Shown here piece by piece: positions 37,036 to 46,561 of a DNA stretch of 64,000 nt (its first letter is position 1; every line of letters begins with the position of its first letter). This stretch comes from Candidatus Aminicenantes bacterium (lineage in GTDB: Bacteria > Acidobacteriota > Aminicenantia > Aminicenantales > UBA8522): NCBI GenBank assembly GCA_037444845.1, contig JBBILQ010000007.1:6067-70066 (forward strand), read 5' to 3'. Under the pieces are notes generated by a model, which saw nothing but the letters and a program-made list of their open reading frames with translations, made no database searches and was not told the DNA's origin. The position numbers and the translations under genes are program-made.

Positions 37036-37848
37036 ATGCAGATGCAGATGAAGGGAATGGGGACATTATATTCAATTTTCCTTCTTTTGCCCTGGTTTCT
37101 ATTTTTTTGCAGTCAGGGGAGCCAGACGAAAAAGGGGGGAGAGGAACAGCCTGCGCTGAGTGGGGTCCTTGGGTGGGCCATCCACGACCCGGCGAGACCC
37201 CTGCCTCCGGTCGTCGACCCCGGGCCAGGGGGGCCTCCAGCGCCGGCGCCGTCCGATGCGATCGTCCTTTTTAACGGCACTGATTTTTCTGAGTGGGAAG
37301 ACAGCAAAGGGGAACCGGTCAGATGGAAAGTTGAGGCTGGATGCATGGAAGTCGTGGCCAAGACGGGATCGATCCGGACGAAAAAAGCCTTCGGCGACAG
37401 TCAGGTTCATGTTGAGTGGGCGACGCCCGCAGCCGTCAGCGGCGAAGGCCAGGGGCGGGGAAACAGCGGCGTCTTCCTGATGAACACCTACGAGGTCCAG
37501 GTGTTAGATTCCTACGAGAACAGGACCTATGCCGACGGCATGGCTGGAGCCGTCTACGGTCAGTATCCGCCCCTGGTCAACGTCTGCAGGAAGCCCGGCG
37601 AATGGCAGACTTATGACGTTATTTTCAGGCGGCCGCGCTTTGATGCCGGGGGGAAGGTCATGAGCCCGGCGCGGATGACAGTATTTCACAACGGAATCCT
37701 TATCCATGACAATGTCGAACTCATTGGCCCGACGACGCACAAAATCCGGACGCCTTACATGCCGCATCCGGACAGGCTGCCGCTCTCTCTGCAGGAACAC
37801 GGCAACCCTGTCCGCTTCCGCAACATCTGGGTCCGCCCCCTCGAATAA
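37036..37848 (+). CDS. DUF1080 3-keto-disaccharide hydrolase/lyase domain lipoprotein
   Basis: PSDAIVLFNG, GNSGVFL, YEVQVLDS, PGEWQTYD and LQEHGNPVRFRNIW. Confidence 0.9.
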   Translation: MQMQMKGMGTLYSIFLLLPWFLFFCSQGSQTKKGGEEQPALSGVLGWAIHDPARPLPPVVDPGPGGPPAPAPSDAIVLFNGTDFSEWEDSKGEPVRWKVEAGCMEVVAKTGSIRTKKAFGDSQVHVEWATPAAVSGEGQGRGNSGVFLMNTYEVQVLDSYENRTYADGMAGAVYGQYPPLVNVCRKPGEWQTYDVIFRRPRFDAGGKVMSPARMTVFHNGILIHDNVELIGPTTHKIRTPYMPHPDRLPLSLQEHGNPVRFRNIWVRPLE

Positions 37849-38054
37849 TTCAGGGGACACTATATTATTTTTTATGGGCGACGGAAGGGCCACTTCTCGT
37901 GGCGATTTTGTCGAATCCCTTTGCTACCAAAAATCGCTTGCATGGTATTAAAAACAGCACATGACAATGAATTGCATTTGTAATCGTCAGAACGGATGAC
38001 CTCCTGGATAAGGGTGACTTGGCTGGCGAGCACGGTGTTTTGAAGGAGAAACGG

Positions 38055-38864
38055 ATGCAAAAAAAACATTTTCCATGGATCAGGTTCTGGGCTTTGGCCC
38101 AGGGGATTCTGATCTTATTGTCCTTCTCTTTAGCTCGGTTGTCTGCGTTAGGTTGGGCGGGAGAGCAACTCAAAAAGAAAGCGCTTTTTGTCTGGGGCGG
38201 CTGGGAAGGGCATGAGCCCAAGCAGTGCGTGGACATCTTTGCGCCCTGGCTGGCTGAACAGGGCTTTGAGGTGGAGATTTCGACAACCCTCGATTCCTAC
38301 TTGGACGAAAAGAAAATGAAGTCGCTCGACCTCGTCGTCCAGGTTTACACGATGTCCACGATCACTCCTCAACAGGAGAGGGGATTGCTCGAGGCCGTGA
38401 GGAGCGGAGTCGGACTGGCCGGCTGGCACGGCGGGCTGGCCGATGCCTTCCGAAGCAACACAGAATACCAGTTCATGGTCGGCGGCCAGTGGGTCGCTCA
38501 CCCGGGAGGCATCATCCCTTACGAGGTCAACATCATAGACCATAAGGACCCGATCACAGCCGGTCTCCGCGACTTTGCGATGAACTCCGAGCAGTACTAC
38601 ATGCACGTCGACCCGGCGAGCGAGGTGCTGGCCACGACGCGCTTTTCGGGAGAATACGCCCCGTGGATCAAGGGAGTTGTCATGCCGGTCGTCTGGAAGA
38701 AGATGTACGGACAAGGACGCGTTTTTTACACCTCGCTCGGCCACGTGGCCAAAGACTTTGACGTCCCAGAGGCGCGAGAAATCGTCAAGCGGGGAATGCT
38801 CTGGGCCGCCCGGGTCATTGGAGACGATGCACAACGTCATCCTGCGGGAAGGAAAGCCCTTTAA
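38055..38864 (+). CDS. ThuA-like (trehalose utilization) protein
   Basis: [29 protein letters not shown] and [10 protein letters not shown]. Confidence 0.88.
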   Translation: MQKKHFPWIRFWALAQGILILLSFSLARLSALGWAGEQLKKKALFVWGGWEGHEPKQCVDIFAPWLAEQGFEVEISTTLDSYLDEKKMKSLDLVVQVYTMSTITPQQERGLLEAVRSGVGLAGWHGGLADAFRSNTEYQFMVGGQWVAHPGGIIPYEVNIIDHKDPITAGLRDFAMNSEQYYMHVDPASEVLATTRFSGEYAPWIKGVVMPVVWKKMYGQGRVFYTSLGHVAKDFDVPEAREIVKRGMLWAARVIGDDAQRHPAGRKAL

Positions 38865-38980
38865 TTTTCTGTTTTTTCCCTTCTTCTTTTTCTTCTCCTC
38901 CTCCGTTAGTTCCTCCTCTCGCTCTTCAGCCCCTCCAGACCGTTGCCGAAGTTGAGATTTTTTGCTAAACCCAATATTGC

Positions 38981-39010
38981 TTGACATTTACAATAGTTGT
39001 ATAATACAAT
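38981..39010 (+). promoter_or_regulatory. Promoter and MarR-type operator of marR-hgcAB
   Basis: TTGACA-18 bp-TACAAT; perfect inverted repeat TTGTA-TAA-TACAA (38997-39009) overlaps the -10. Confidence 0.65.
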
Positions 39011-39034
39011 GATATAAAGTTGAGGTGTTAGATA

Positions 39035-39514
39035 ATGGATATTCAGAAAATTCGCTGGCTGAGGGAAAAACTCAGACAGCTGGAAAGGGCAATAGACGGC
39101 TGTTTCAGGGCTGAGGGAGGCTGTTGCGGCCTGACTCTTTCTCAGTGCCATACCCTGATTGAGGTTGGGTACAAAGGTGAAGTCTCGCTCATAGACCTCG
39201 CCACAACCCTCAGCCTGGACCCGAGCACTCTCAGCCGGACAGTTAACGGCCTCGTCCTCGTCGGCCTGATCAGCAGGCTTACCAATGAAAAAGACAGGCG
39301 CTACGTGGTTATCTCGTTGACCGGGCAGGGGAAAAAGGTCTTTGAGGAGATTGAAGCCATTTTTAATCGCTACTATTCCGGAGTCCTTGGGCTTATCCCG
39401 GATGATAAAAAAGATCCGGTGGTCGATAGCATCGCTCTTTTTGCTGATGCAGTCAAAAAATATAACGACTCTGACGAAGGGTGCAAGAATGAACCTTCTG
39501 GGTGCGGAGGTTGA
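39035..39514 (+). CDS. MarR-family regulator, Cys-rich
   Basis: CCGLTLSQCH, DPSTLSRTV, DRRYVVISLT and C-terminal GC...GCGG. Confidence 0.88.
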   Translation: MDIQKIRWLREKLRQLERAIDGCFRAEGGCCGLTLSQCHTLIEVGYKGEVSLIDLATTLSLDPSTLSRTVNGLVLVGLISRLTNEKDRRYVVISLTGQGKKVFEEIEAIFNRYYSGVLGLIPDDKKDPVVDSIALFADAVKKYNDSDEGCKNEPSGCGG

Positions 39515-39519
39515 GCAGA

Positions 39520-40665
39520 ATGAGTAACGATAGTCAAGAGAAACGAGAGGTTGAGTGCTCTTGCGCCGATTGCTGCAGCGTTTCGGCCAGCAAGGACAGC
39601 GAGCAAAGCGATGAGCGATATGTCCATAAAAACGTCGGCTGGATAAAAAGCCAGCTTGAGACAGCATCCGGGCCGATTCCCGTCGTTTCCACACAGTTGA
39701 ACTGGAGAGACAGCTCAGGCTCTTTTGCCGTCCGCTTGGGCATAAAAAGGATGAATTATGCTGTCAGGCCGGGACTCTATGCCGTCGGTAATCCGAACTC
39801 GAGTTCATTCGTGTTTGTCTCGGCCAATTTCAAGTTGAGCTTTGACCGCTTGAGGAAAGAGCTCGACGGTGTCGATGGCTGGATTCTTGTCATCGATACA
39901 AAAGGCATCAACGTCTGGTGCGCTGCCGGGAAAGGGACTTTCGGGACCGGAGAAATTATAAGGAGGCTTGAGGCGACCGGCCTTCGGAGAGTCGTCTCTC
40001 ACCGGACGCTCATCCTGCCTCAGCTCGGGGCGCCGGGAGTTGCCGCTCATCAGGTGACAAAAGAGTCCGGGTTCAAAATTGTTTACGGGCCGGTGAGAGC
40101 CTCGGACATCAAGCTTTTTCTCGGCAAGGGCATGAAGGCTTCGGAAGAGATGAGGACGGTTCGTTTTAACCTGGCGGACAGGCTGAGCCTGACTCCGCTC
40201 GAGCTGGTCCTGACGCTAAAGTACGTGGGTGCAGCTGTTCTTATCCTTTTAATCCTTGACCTCCTCGGCCTCATTACCTTTTCCTGGAAAACAATCTATC
40301 CCTACCTTGGCGCTATCATTGCCGGCTGCGTTGGTGTGCCGGCGCTTCTGCCCTGGATTCCGGGCCCTGCCTTTGCCTGGAAAGGCTGGCTTTTAGGGAT
40401 GGCCTGGGCGCTGATTGTGAATGTTGAGCAGGGGTTGATTTTTTCAGGCTCTCCCGGCTGCGCGCAGGCCTGGCCGCGCGCAGCTTCCCATTTTCTCCTC
40501 CTGCCGGCTATCTCCGCCTTCCTGGCCATGAATTTTACGGGTTCATCCACATACACGTCTCTCTCGGGTGTTGTCCGGGAGATGAAGGCGGCTGTGCCAG
40601 CCATCCTTCTTTCGGCCGGACTGGGGCTCGCGTTTGTCGTCGCTTTGCTGGCTGGCGTTTTTTGA
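39520..40665 (+). CDS. hgcA: Mercury methylation corrinoid protein HgcA
   Basis: Cap-helix GINVWCAAGKGTFG, ILPQLGAPGV, YGPVRA, TM domain with NFTGSSTYTSLSGV; hgcB follows. Confidence 0.95.
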   Translation: MSNDSQEKREVECSCADCCSVSASKDSEQSDERYVHKNVGWIKSQLETASGPIPVVSTQLNWRDSSGSFAVRLGIKRMNYAVRPGLYAVGNPNSSSFVFVSANFKLSFDRLRKELDGVDGWILVIDTKGINVWCAAGKGTFGTGEIIRRLEATGLRRVVSHRTLILPQLGAPGVAAHQVTKESGFKIVYGPVRASDIKLFLGKGMKASEEMRTVRFNLADRLSLTPLELVLTLKYVGAAVLILLILDLLGLITFSWKTIYPYLGAIIAGCVGVPALLPWIPGPAFAWKGWLLGMAWALIVNVEQGLIFSGSPGCAQAWPRAASHFLLLPAISAFLAMNFTGSSTYTSLSGVVREMKAAVPAILLSAGLGLAFVVALLAGVF

Positions 40666-40678
40666 GGAGTCGCTTTCG

Positions 40679-40954
40679 ATGAGAGAACATCGCTATCTCA
40701 AGAATGTAACAACCCTGGCCTATGAACCGGCCAAGTGCACGGGTTGTGGTCTGTGCGAAGATGTCTGTCCGCATCGTGTATTCGGGCTTGAAAACGGCAA
40801 GGCCTGGGTCAGGGACCTCGACCTTTGCATGGAGTGCGGCGCCTGCTCTAAGAACTGTCCGTTTGCGGCGATCACTGTCCGCGCCGGAGTCGGGTGCGCC
40901 TGGGCGATCATGGCTTCTGAGCTCCGGGGAAAAAAAGAAGTCGCCTGCGGCTAA
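40679..40954 (+). CDS. hgcB: Mercury methylation 2[4Fe-4S] ferredoxin HgcB
   Basis: RYLKNVTTL, CTGCGLCEDVCPH, CMECGACSKNCP and GVGCA. Confidence 0.95.
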   Translation: MREHRYLKNVTTLAYEPAKCTGCGLCEDVCPHRVFGLENGKAWVRDLDLCMECGACSKNCPFAAITVRAGVGCAWAIMASELRGKKEVACG

Positions 40955-42261
40955 GAAAGGGTGCCCTTTTTAATGATGTCCTCCATGATGTCGGCGAAGG
41001 TGTCGATTTCCCTGACTGATAATGAGATGTTCACGACAATCCGTATCCCGTCGATCAACCCGTCCGGATGTTTTACCGTCGAAACGACAATCCCCCACTT
41101 GTCAAGCAGATGCTCGGCGAGCTTGTCCATGTCCAGGCCCTCAACGCCGAAGGTGGCGATAGCGCAAGATTCGGCCGGGTCAAGAGACGAGTAGAACCTC
41201 ACCCGCGGGTGCGCGCGAAGGCGGTTAGCCCAGCGCTCTTTCAGGTATTGAAGGCGCGCCGATTTCCGCTCGATGCCGATGCCCTCGTTGAAGGTGATCG
41301 CCTCGGCGATGGCGATGCGGTTCGCCGGTGTGCGTGTCCCCACGTCCTCGAAGCGGCGGATATCATTCGGCCTGTCCGTCCAGGGGGGCGTCAGCGGCCA
41401 AACCTTGGGGATTCTATCCCTGGGAATTCGCACGAACCCGTTTCCGGGCGGCGCCATCAGCCATTTATGCAGGCTTGCCGTGTAGTAGTCGCAGCCGAGG
41501 TCGGCGAGCTTGAAGGGCACGTGCATGAAGCCGTGGGCGCCGTCGCAGAGCACTTCGATGCCTCGCGAGTGGGCCATGTCCGAGAGCCGGCGGACAGGCG
41601 CCATCTGACCCGTCCAGTGAGTCATGTGGCAGAAATGAATCACCTTCGTCCGCGGCGTCACCTGCTCCGCCACCAGGTCGTAGAACTTGTCGAGCGGCAC
41701 GGGCGGAGATGGAAGAGGGACGATCTTGAGAACAATGCCCTCGCGCCTCTCGCGCTGCTTCCAGGAGCTGAGCAACCGCGGGTAGTCCTGGTTGGTGATG
41801 ACCACCTCGTCGCCCCGCTTCAGGTCGATTCCCATGATGGGAATTTGGCCTGCCTCTGTTCCACCGCGGCAAATGACGAGCTCTTCAGGATCGCAGCCCA
41901 GGTGGAATGCCAGCCGCCGCCGGCAGCTCTCGATTTCTTTGGCCAGGATGGCCATCGAGTGAGCGGCGGCGTTGCCCGAAAACGAGCTGTGCCGGATGAC
42001 AGCTTCCTGGACAATGCGGAGACCGGGCTGGATGGTGCCGTTGTTCAGGTTGATGATGTTGCGGTCTTCGGTGAAGGCCTGCAGGACTTGGAACCAGAAG
42101 TCTTCGTCCGAGGCGACCTCTTCGGGACTGAGATCGGCCCTATCACGGCCTGCCTCGAAAATGCGTTCGAGAACGCTGTGAGGAGTGCCGGCCAGCACGC
42201 CAACGCCGGCGGCACAGCTCAGGAGAAAATCCCTTCTGTTTAAATCACGTCCATTCCACAT
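40951..42261 (-). CDS. Tat-exported class V PLP aminotransferase (isopenicillin N epimerase-like)
   Basis: NRRDFL, LNNG, DGAH and SLHKWL. Confidence 0.85.
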   Translation of the reverse strand: MWNGRDLNRRDFLLSCAAGVGVLAGTPHSVLERIFEAGRDRADLSPEEVASDEDFWFQVLQAFTEDRNIINLNNGTIQPGLRIVQEAVIRHSSFSGNAAAHSMAILAKEIESCRRRLAFHLGCDPEELVICRGGTEAGQIPIMGIDLKRGDEVVITNQDYPRLLSSWKQRERREGIVLKIVPLPSPPVPLDKFYDLVAEQVTPRTKVIHFCHMTHWTGQMAPVRRLSDMAHSRGIEVLCDGAHGFMHVPFKLADLGCDYYTASLHKWLMAPPGNGFVRIPRDRIPKVWPLTPPWTDRPNDIRRFEDVGTRTPANRIAIAEAITFNEGIGIERKSARLQYLKERWANRLRAHPRVRFYSSLDPAESCAIATFGVEGLDMDKLAEHLLDKWGIVVSTVKHPDGLIDGIRIVVNISLSVREIDTFADIMEDIIKKGTLS

Positions 42262-42372
42262 ATCGCCCTCCTTAAAAATGAGTTAAAAGATGATACCATT
42301 TTTCTGGACCATGCCTCAACTTATGACAAATTGACCGGCATTCAGGAGAATAATGAGGAGAAACAGATGGGG

Positions 42373-44292
42373 CTACTTCTTCGGTTCGACCGCTTCCACC
42401 CGGCCGCCCAGATGTTTGCCCAAAAACTCCTCCATGGCCCGGTAGAAGTCAAACCGGTTTTCCTCGTTCCGGAACCCGTGACCTTCGTTATCCTTGACCA
42501 TGTAAACGACTTCGATGCCGCGTTTCTTCAAGGCTTCGACAATCTGGTCTGACTCGGCCTTGTTGACGCGCGGGTCGTTCGCTCCCTGTGCGACGAGCAC
42601 GGGGACCTTGATGTTGTCGGCATGGAAGACGGGGGAAACCTTCTCATAAAGCTCCTTATCCTTTTCCGGGTCGCCGATCATCTCGTAGAACATCTGCCGC
42701 ATGGGCTCCCAGTAGGGTGGAATGGTCTTGATCAAAGTAAAAAGGTTCGAGACGCCTACATAGTCAACGCCGCAGGCGTAGAGGTCAGGCGTAAAAGCCA
42801 GCCCGGCGAGCGTCGCATACCCGCCGAACGAACCGCCGTAGATCCCAATCCGGTCGGGGTCTGCGATGCCCTGGTCGATCAGCCATTTGACGCCGTCTGT
42901 GATGTCATCCTGGATTTTGAGGCCCCACTGCTTGAACCCGGCCTCCCAGAACTTGCGGCCATAGCCTGTTGAGGTCCGGAAATTCACCTGGAGCACGGCA
43001 TAGCCGCGGTTGGCCAGAAACTGGACTTCCGGGTTGTATTCCCAGACATCCCTGGCCCAGGGGCCGCCGTGAGGGTTGACCACAACCGGGAGTTTCTTTG
43101 GTTTCAGGCCCTGAGGGAGGGTGAGATAGCCGTGGATGGTCAAGCCGTCCCGGGAGGTGTAGGTGATGGGTTTCATCTCAGCGAGCTCCGTTTCGACCAG
43201 CCATGGCCCGACATCCGCGAGTTTCCGGAAATCCGAGGTCGTGCGGTCATAGAAATAATACGACCCAAGGGTTCTGTCGCTTCCCGCATAGACCAGGGTT
43301 TTCGTCTCATCCCTGCTCGTGTTGGTCAGGGTCACTTCATAGCCGGGAAGACGGGATTCGAGTTCCTGCTGAAGCTTGGCCCTCTCGTCGTCGAAAAAAT
43401 GATACTTCCGTTTGTCGGTGTAGAAAGAGACTCCAGTGATTATTTTTCGCTTGTCTGACCTGAGCAGGTTCTCGACATCCACATCAGGATGTTCATAAAG
43501 AAGCGTCGTCAGCTTCTTTTCCTTGACGTCGTATTCATAGACGGCCGTCTTGTCGCGGCCGATGTTCGAAGCCACGTAAAGATTCTTGTTGTCATAGGTA
43601 AAGAACAGGGGCGCCAGCGTCTCCTTGAAGCTCGTCGTTACCAGCACCTCGAAATCATCCTTTTCTGTGTCCCTGCAGAGGATGCTCCGGTTGACGCCAT
43701 CGGAGGTGACGGCCACACGGAGCTTTCCGGCATGATCTGTCTCCCAGCCGACGATATTTCCCGGATTCTGGGCGATCATCTCCATTTCACCCGTGAGCAC
43801 GTTAATCCGGTAAGCGTCGAAAAAGCGCGGATCCCTCTTGTTCATGCCGGCAAGGACATGGTCGTCGTCGTCCTTGAGGTCGTCAATGAGCTGCACCCGG
43901 ACTTTCTCGAACGGCGTCAGGTCCTTTTCCTCGGAGCCGTCGATGTTCACCGCGTAGAGCCTGAAGTTCTCGTCTCCGCCCTTGTCCTGGACATAGGCGA
44001 TCCGGCCGTTGCTGGCCCAGAAATAGCCGGCGATATCTCTCTCCGTGGCGCTGGTAATGCGCGTCACCTCGTCCTCTCCGATTTTCTGGACATGGACGTT
44101 CAGGCGCGCCTGCCAGGGTTTGAGAAACGCCAGGTACTGGCCATCGGGCGAGAGCCGGAAGGACACCGACTCCGGGTTTCGGAAAAAGTCCCTCATGGGG
44201 ATAATGCGCGGCAATTTCTCTCGAGGCGCGCAGGCCGTCAGGATCGCGATCAGACAGATTCCAACCGCCGCGACATAAAGGGATTTTCTCAT
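42373..44292 (-). CDS. S9 family peptidase lipoprotein
   Basis: Lipobox LTA-C, HGGPW, GGSFGGY, GANDPRV and EGHGF. Confidence 0.92.
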   Translation of the reverse strand: MRKSLYVAAVGICLIAILTACAPREKLPRIIPMRDFFRNPESVSFRLSPDGQYLAFLKPWQARLNVHVQKIGEDEVTRITSATERDIAGYFWASNGRIAYVQDKGGDENFRLYAVNIDGSEEKDLTPFEKVRVQLIDDLKDDDDHVLAGMNKRDPRFFDAYRINVLTGEMEMIAQNPGNIVGWETDHAGKLRVAVTSDGVNRSILCRDTEKDDFEVLVTTSFKETLAPLFFTYDNKNLYVASNIGRDKTAVYEYDVKEKKLTTLLYEHPDVDVENLLRSDKRKIITGVSFYTDKRKYHFFDDERAKLQQELESRLPGYEVTLTNTSRDETKTLVYAGSDRTLGSYYFYDRTTSDFRKLADVGPWLVETELAEMKPITYTSRDGLTIHGYLTLPQGLKPKKLPVVVNPHGGPWARDVWEYNPEVQFLANRGYAVLQVNFRTSTGYGRKFWEAGFKQWGLKIQDDITDGVKWLIDQGIADPDRIGIYGGSFGGYATLAGLAFTPDLYACGVDYVGVSNLFTLIKTIPPYWEPMRQMFYEMIGDPEKDKELYEKVSPVFHADNIKVPVLVAQGANDPRVNKAESDQIVEALKKRGIEVVYMVKDNEGHGFRNEENRFDFYRAMEEFLGKHLGGRVEAVEPKK

Positions 44293-44450
44293 GGATGACC
44301 TCCTTGATGAATTTGCCAAAAAGCGAAACAGCTAATCATCGGGTAATCTGATGTCATGTTGACCTAAAAGATAACTGAGAATAGCTGGGAAGTCAAAGGG
44401 AAACACGGCCGGGTTCCGCCCTTAATTTTACTGCGCATTCAATGAACCTG

Positions 44451-44789
44451 TCAGCGACGGAAGCGAGGAATCTCTGTCGGGATTCTGAACGAAATCTCGA
44501 CAAGACCGGCATACTGGCCGCCCATGTACCACGGCGCCTGATAGATGAGCCTCTTCACCCCGGCTTTCTCGATCGTGTAGACGTTCGTTTTCTGGTTGGT
44601 CAGGATGTCCTTGAGCTTAGATCTCGCCGGCTCGGGATGGCAGTCGAGGACGTTTTTCCCGAGGAGTTTTTCTCCGCCGTCTTTCTCGAAATCTCTCGCC
44701 GCCTGCGAGTTCATTTCAATGATCGTCCCGTCCGTCTCACAGACGACGTTGGCAGCAGGGAGTTCCTCGATCCACGAATGTTGTTTCAT
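44451..44789 (-). CDS. Stand-alone PAS-domain protein
   Basis: VCETDGTIIEMN and LLGKNVLDCHP. Confidence 0.75.
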   Translation of the reverse strand: MKQHSWIEELPAANVVCETDGTIIEMNSQAARDFEKDGGEKLLGKNVLDCHPEPARSKLKDILTNQKTNVYTIEKAGVKRLIYQAPWYMGGQYAGLVEISFRIPTEIPRFRR

Positions 44790-44935
44790 GCGCGATTCCG
44801 AGGCTCGTTTGGAATAAGCACGGCGTCCCCTGGATTATACCGCGAATTTTTCTGGAATGCTCTGCGGATTTTGAAAAAGTCGCCAATAATTTTTGTGCCT
44901 GAATTTGGATAGCCTGTTGAGGCCGGATCTTCCGG

Positions 44936-46561
44936 TCACATAGTCCGCGGCGTGCTCACTCCCGGGCGAGATTTGAGGAAATCCTCCCAGAGATCGCTGC
45001 GGACAAAAAGGACGAGAAGGACGTTCGGCCTTAATTCATAGTATTCCGGCCGATATACCGTATTTATAGACGGTTCGAGCGCCTTTGCTTCCTCGGCGGA
45101 GGCGATGACCAGCGCGGGCCTATCAGAAAGGGTGATTTCACCAGCGTTTTGCCAATAACCCACGCTTTCGAACTTCCTTAGAGACCAGGGCAGGGGCCAG
45201 GTCTCATAGGGGCCGGCGACCACCTTGATCGGCATTTTCTTGCCTTCGGGCCGCGCAGAGGCGATGCCTTCAACCCTCTCAACAAGCTTCATGTAACCAA
45301 AGCTGGTCTGGGCGTAAACATAGGGATTTCGGGGGTCAGCAGGGAAGACGAAATTGGCCCTGTAACTCTGCCAGCCTAAGTGGGAAAACCCCGCCGCTAA
45401 AAGAAGGATTGAGATGATGCGCCAGCCCTTCTTCTGGAAGATATCAAGTATCACGGCCGCTCCAGCGCCGGCGAGGAGAATGAACCCGAGATGGAAGGAA
45501 AGAACGTTCCAGGGAGTCTTGTACGGAATAAAAGAGAACAGGGCCGTTGCGATAACCGTGTAAAAAAAGATGAACTTAAGGAAGGAACGGTCAGGATGGG
45601 AGCTCCGCCTGCGCCTGAAAGCGGCTGCGCTCCCTGCCAGAGCCAGGGCCAGAAGGAAAGCCTCGCTCCAGAGCGGTCCTCCCTTTAGCCTGGAAAAAGC
45701 GAGCGTCTTGAGATAGTAGGGCCATGGCTGAATATGGAAGGCGCTTTCTGTGGCCCGAACAAAATAAATCTTGAAGGAGAGAACAGAATCGATTACCCCT
45801 TTTGGGTTTTGAAAAAAGGACGAGAAAAGAAGGAAAATGACAAGGAGCGCTGCGCTGACGGCCAAAGCGAGATGGGAAAGACGTGGTCGATTTTCTTTCT
45901 TTCCTCGGTGTTCTTTTTCTGACTCTGGCGTGGAGATTTTTTTTATTCCCCCGTTTCTGTTCATTTTTTTCTGATGTATCGCCGTTATAAAGAATGCCGC
46001 GGCTGCGGTAGCGAAAGCGATGACCGAGGTTTCCTTGGTTGTGTACATCATCCCGGCGAAAAAGCCGGCGGCGAGCGCTGAGCCGACAGCGGGCCGCAGG
46101 ATATATTGCCAGAGCGAAGCGAGAAATCCGGTGAGGAAAAAGATGAGCAACGTTTCCTGGATGTAGAAGCGGCTAAAATAGACGAAGGCAGGCGAAACCG
46201 CCAGCCCGAGCGCACTCAACACGACAGCCGTCCGGCCGAGCGATGGCAAAAACAGAAGAAAAAGGAGCGTCATGCCGAGGCCAAAGCACGCGGGCACTAA
46301 ACGCATCGTTGTCTCGCTCTGGGAAGCCAGCGTTCCACCCGCTAAGAGGCGGGCAAAAGGCCAGGTCAGATAATACAGGCTGGGGCCATGATGATCTGTT
46401 CTGTCGTAGCGGTATTCTCCCTGCTCGAGGAGAGCGCCGAACTTAAGGGCCTGGTTGGCCTCGTCGTGGTGCATGGGCCTGAGCCCGAGAGCAGTTACCC
46501 GGAAGAGAAGCCCGGCCACAAACACCAGCGAGAAAAGCCAGAAAAAGGCCTTTTTGGTCAT
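44936..46561 (-). CDS. GT-C membrane glycosyltransferase-like (TIGR03663/Agl23 family)
   Basis: RPMHHDEA, DHHGP, YFSRFYIQE, TKET, YKTPW, NPYVYAQT and WPLPW. Confidence 0.8.
   Translation of the reverse strand: MTKKAFFWLFSLVFVAGLLFRVTALGLRPMHHDEANQALKFGALLEQGEYRYDRTDHHGPSLYYLTWPFARLLAGGTLASQSETTMRLVPACFGLGMTLLFLLFLPSLGRTAVVLSALGLAVSPAFVYFSRFYIQETLLIFFLTGFLASLWQYILRPAVGSALAAGFFAGMMYTTKETSVIAFATAAAAFFITAIHQKKMNRNGGIKKISTPESEKEHRGKKENRPRLSHLALAVSAALLVIFLLFSSFFQNPKGVIDSVLSFKIYFVRATESAFHIQPWPYYLKTLAFSRLKGGPLWSEAFLLALALAGSAAAFRRRRSSHPDRSFLKFIFFYTVIATALFSFIPYKTPWNVLSFHLGFILLAGAGAAVILDIFQKKGWRIISILLLAAGFSHLGWQSYRANFVFPADPRNPYVYAQTSFGYMKLVERVEGIASARPEGKKMPIKVVAGPYETWPLPWSLRKFESVGYWQNAGEITLSDRPALVIASAEEAKALEPSINTVYRPEYYELRPNVLLVLFVRSDLWEDFLKSRPGVSTPRTM

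Noticed and set aside
38865-38945. Pyrimidine-rich tract encoding EELTEEEKKKKK on the minus strand
   Set aside because: Low-complexity sequence with no supportable gene or repeat unit; possibly a gene-end scar.
39520-40665. HgcA as an acetyl-CoA synthase corrinoid subunit (CdhE/AcsC), or as a selenoprotein
   Set aside because: The cap-helix Cys, TM domain and adjacent hgcB identify HgcA. The nearest in-frame upstream TGA (39490) follows GAA, not Cys, and lies inside marR.
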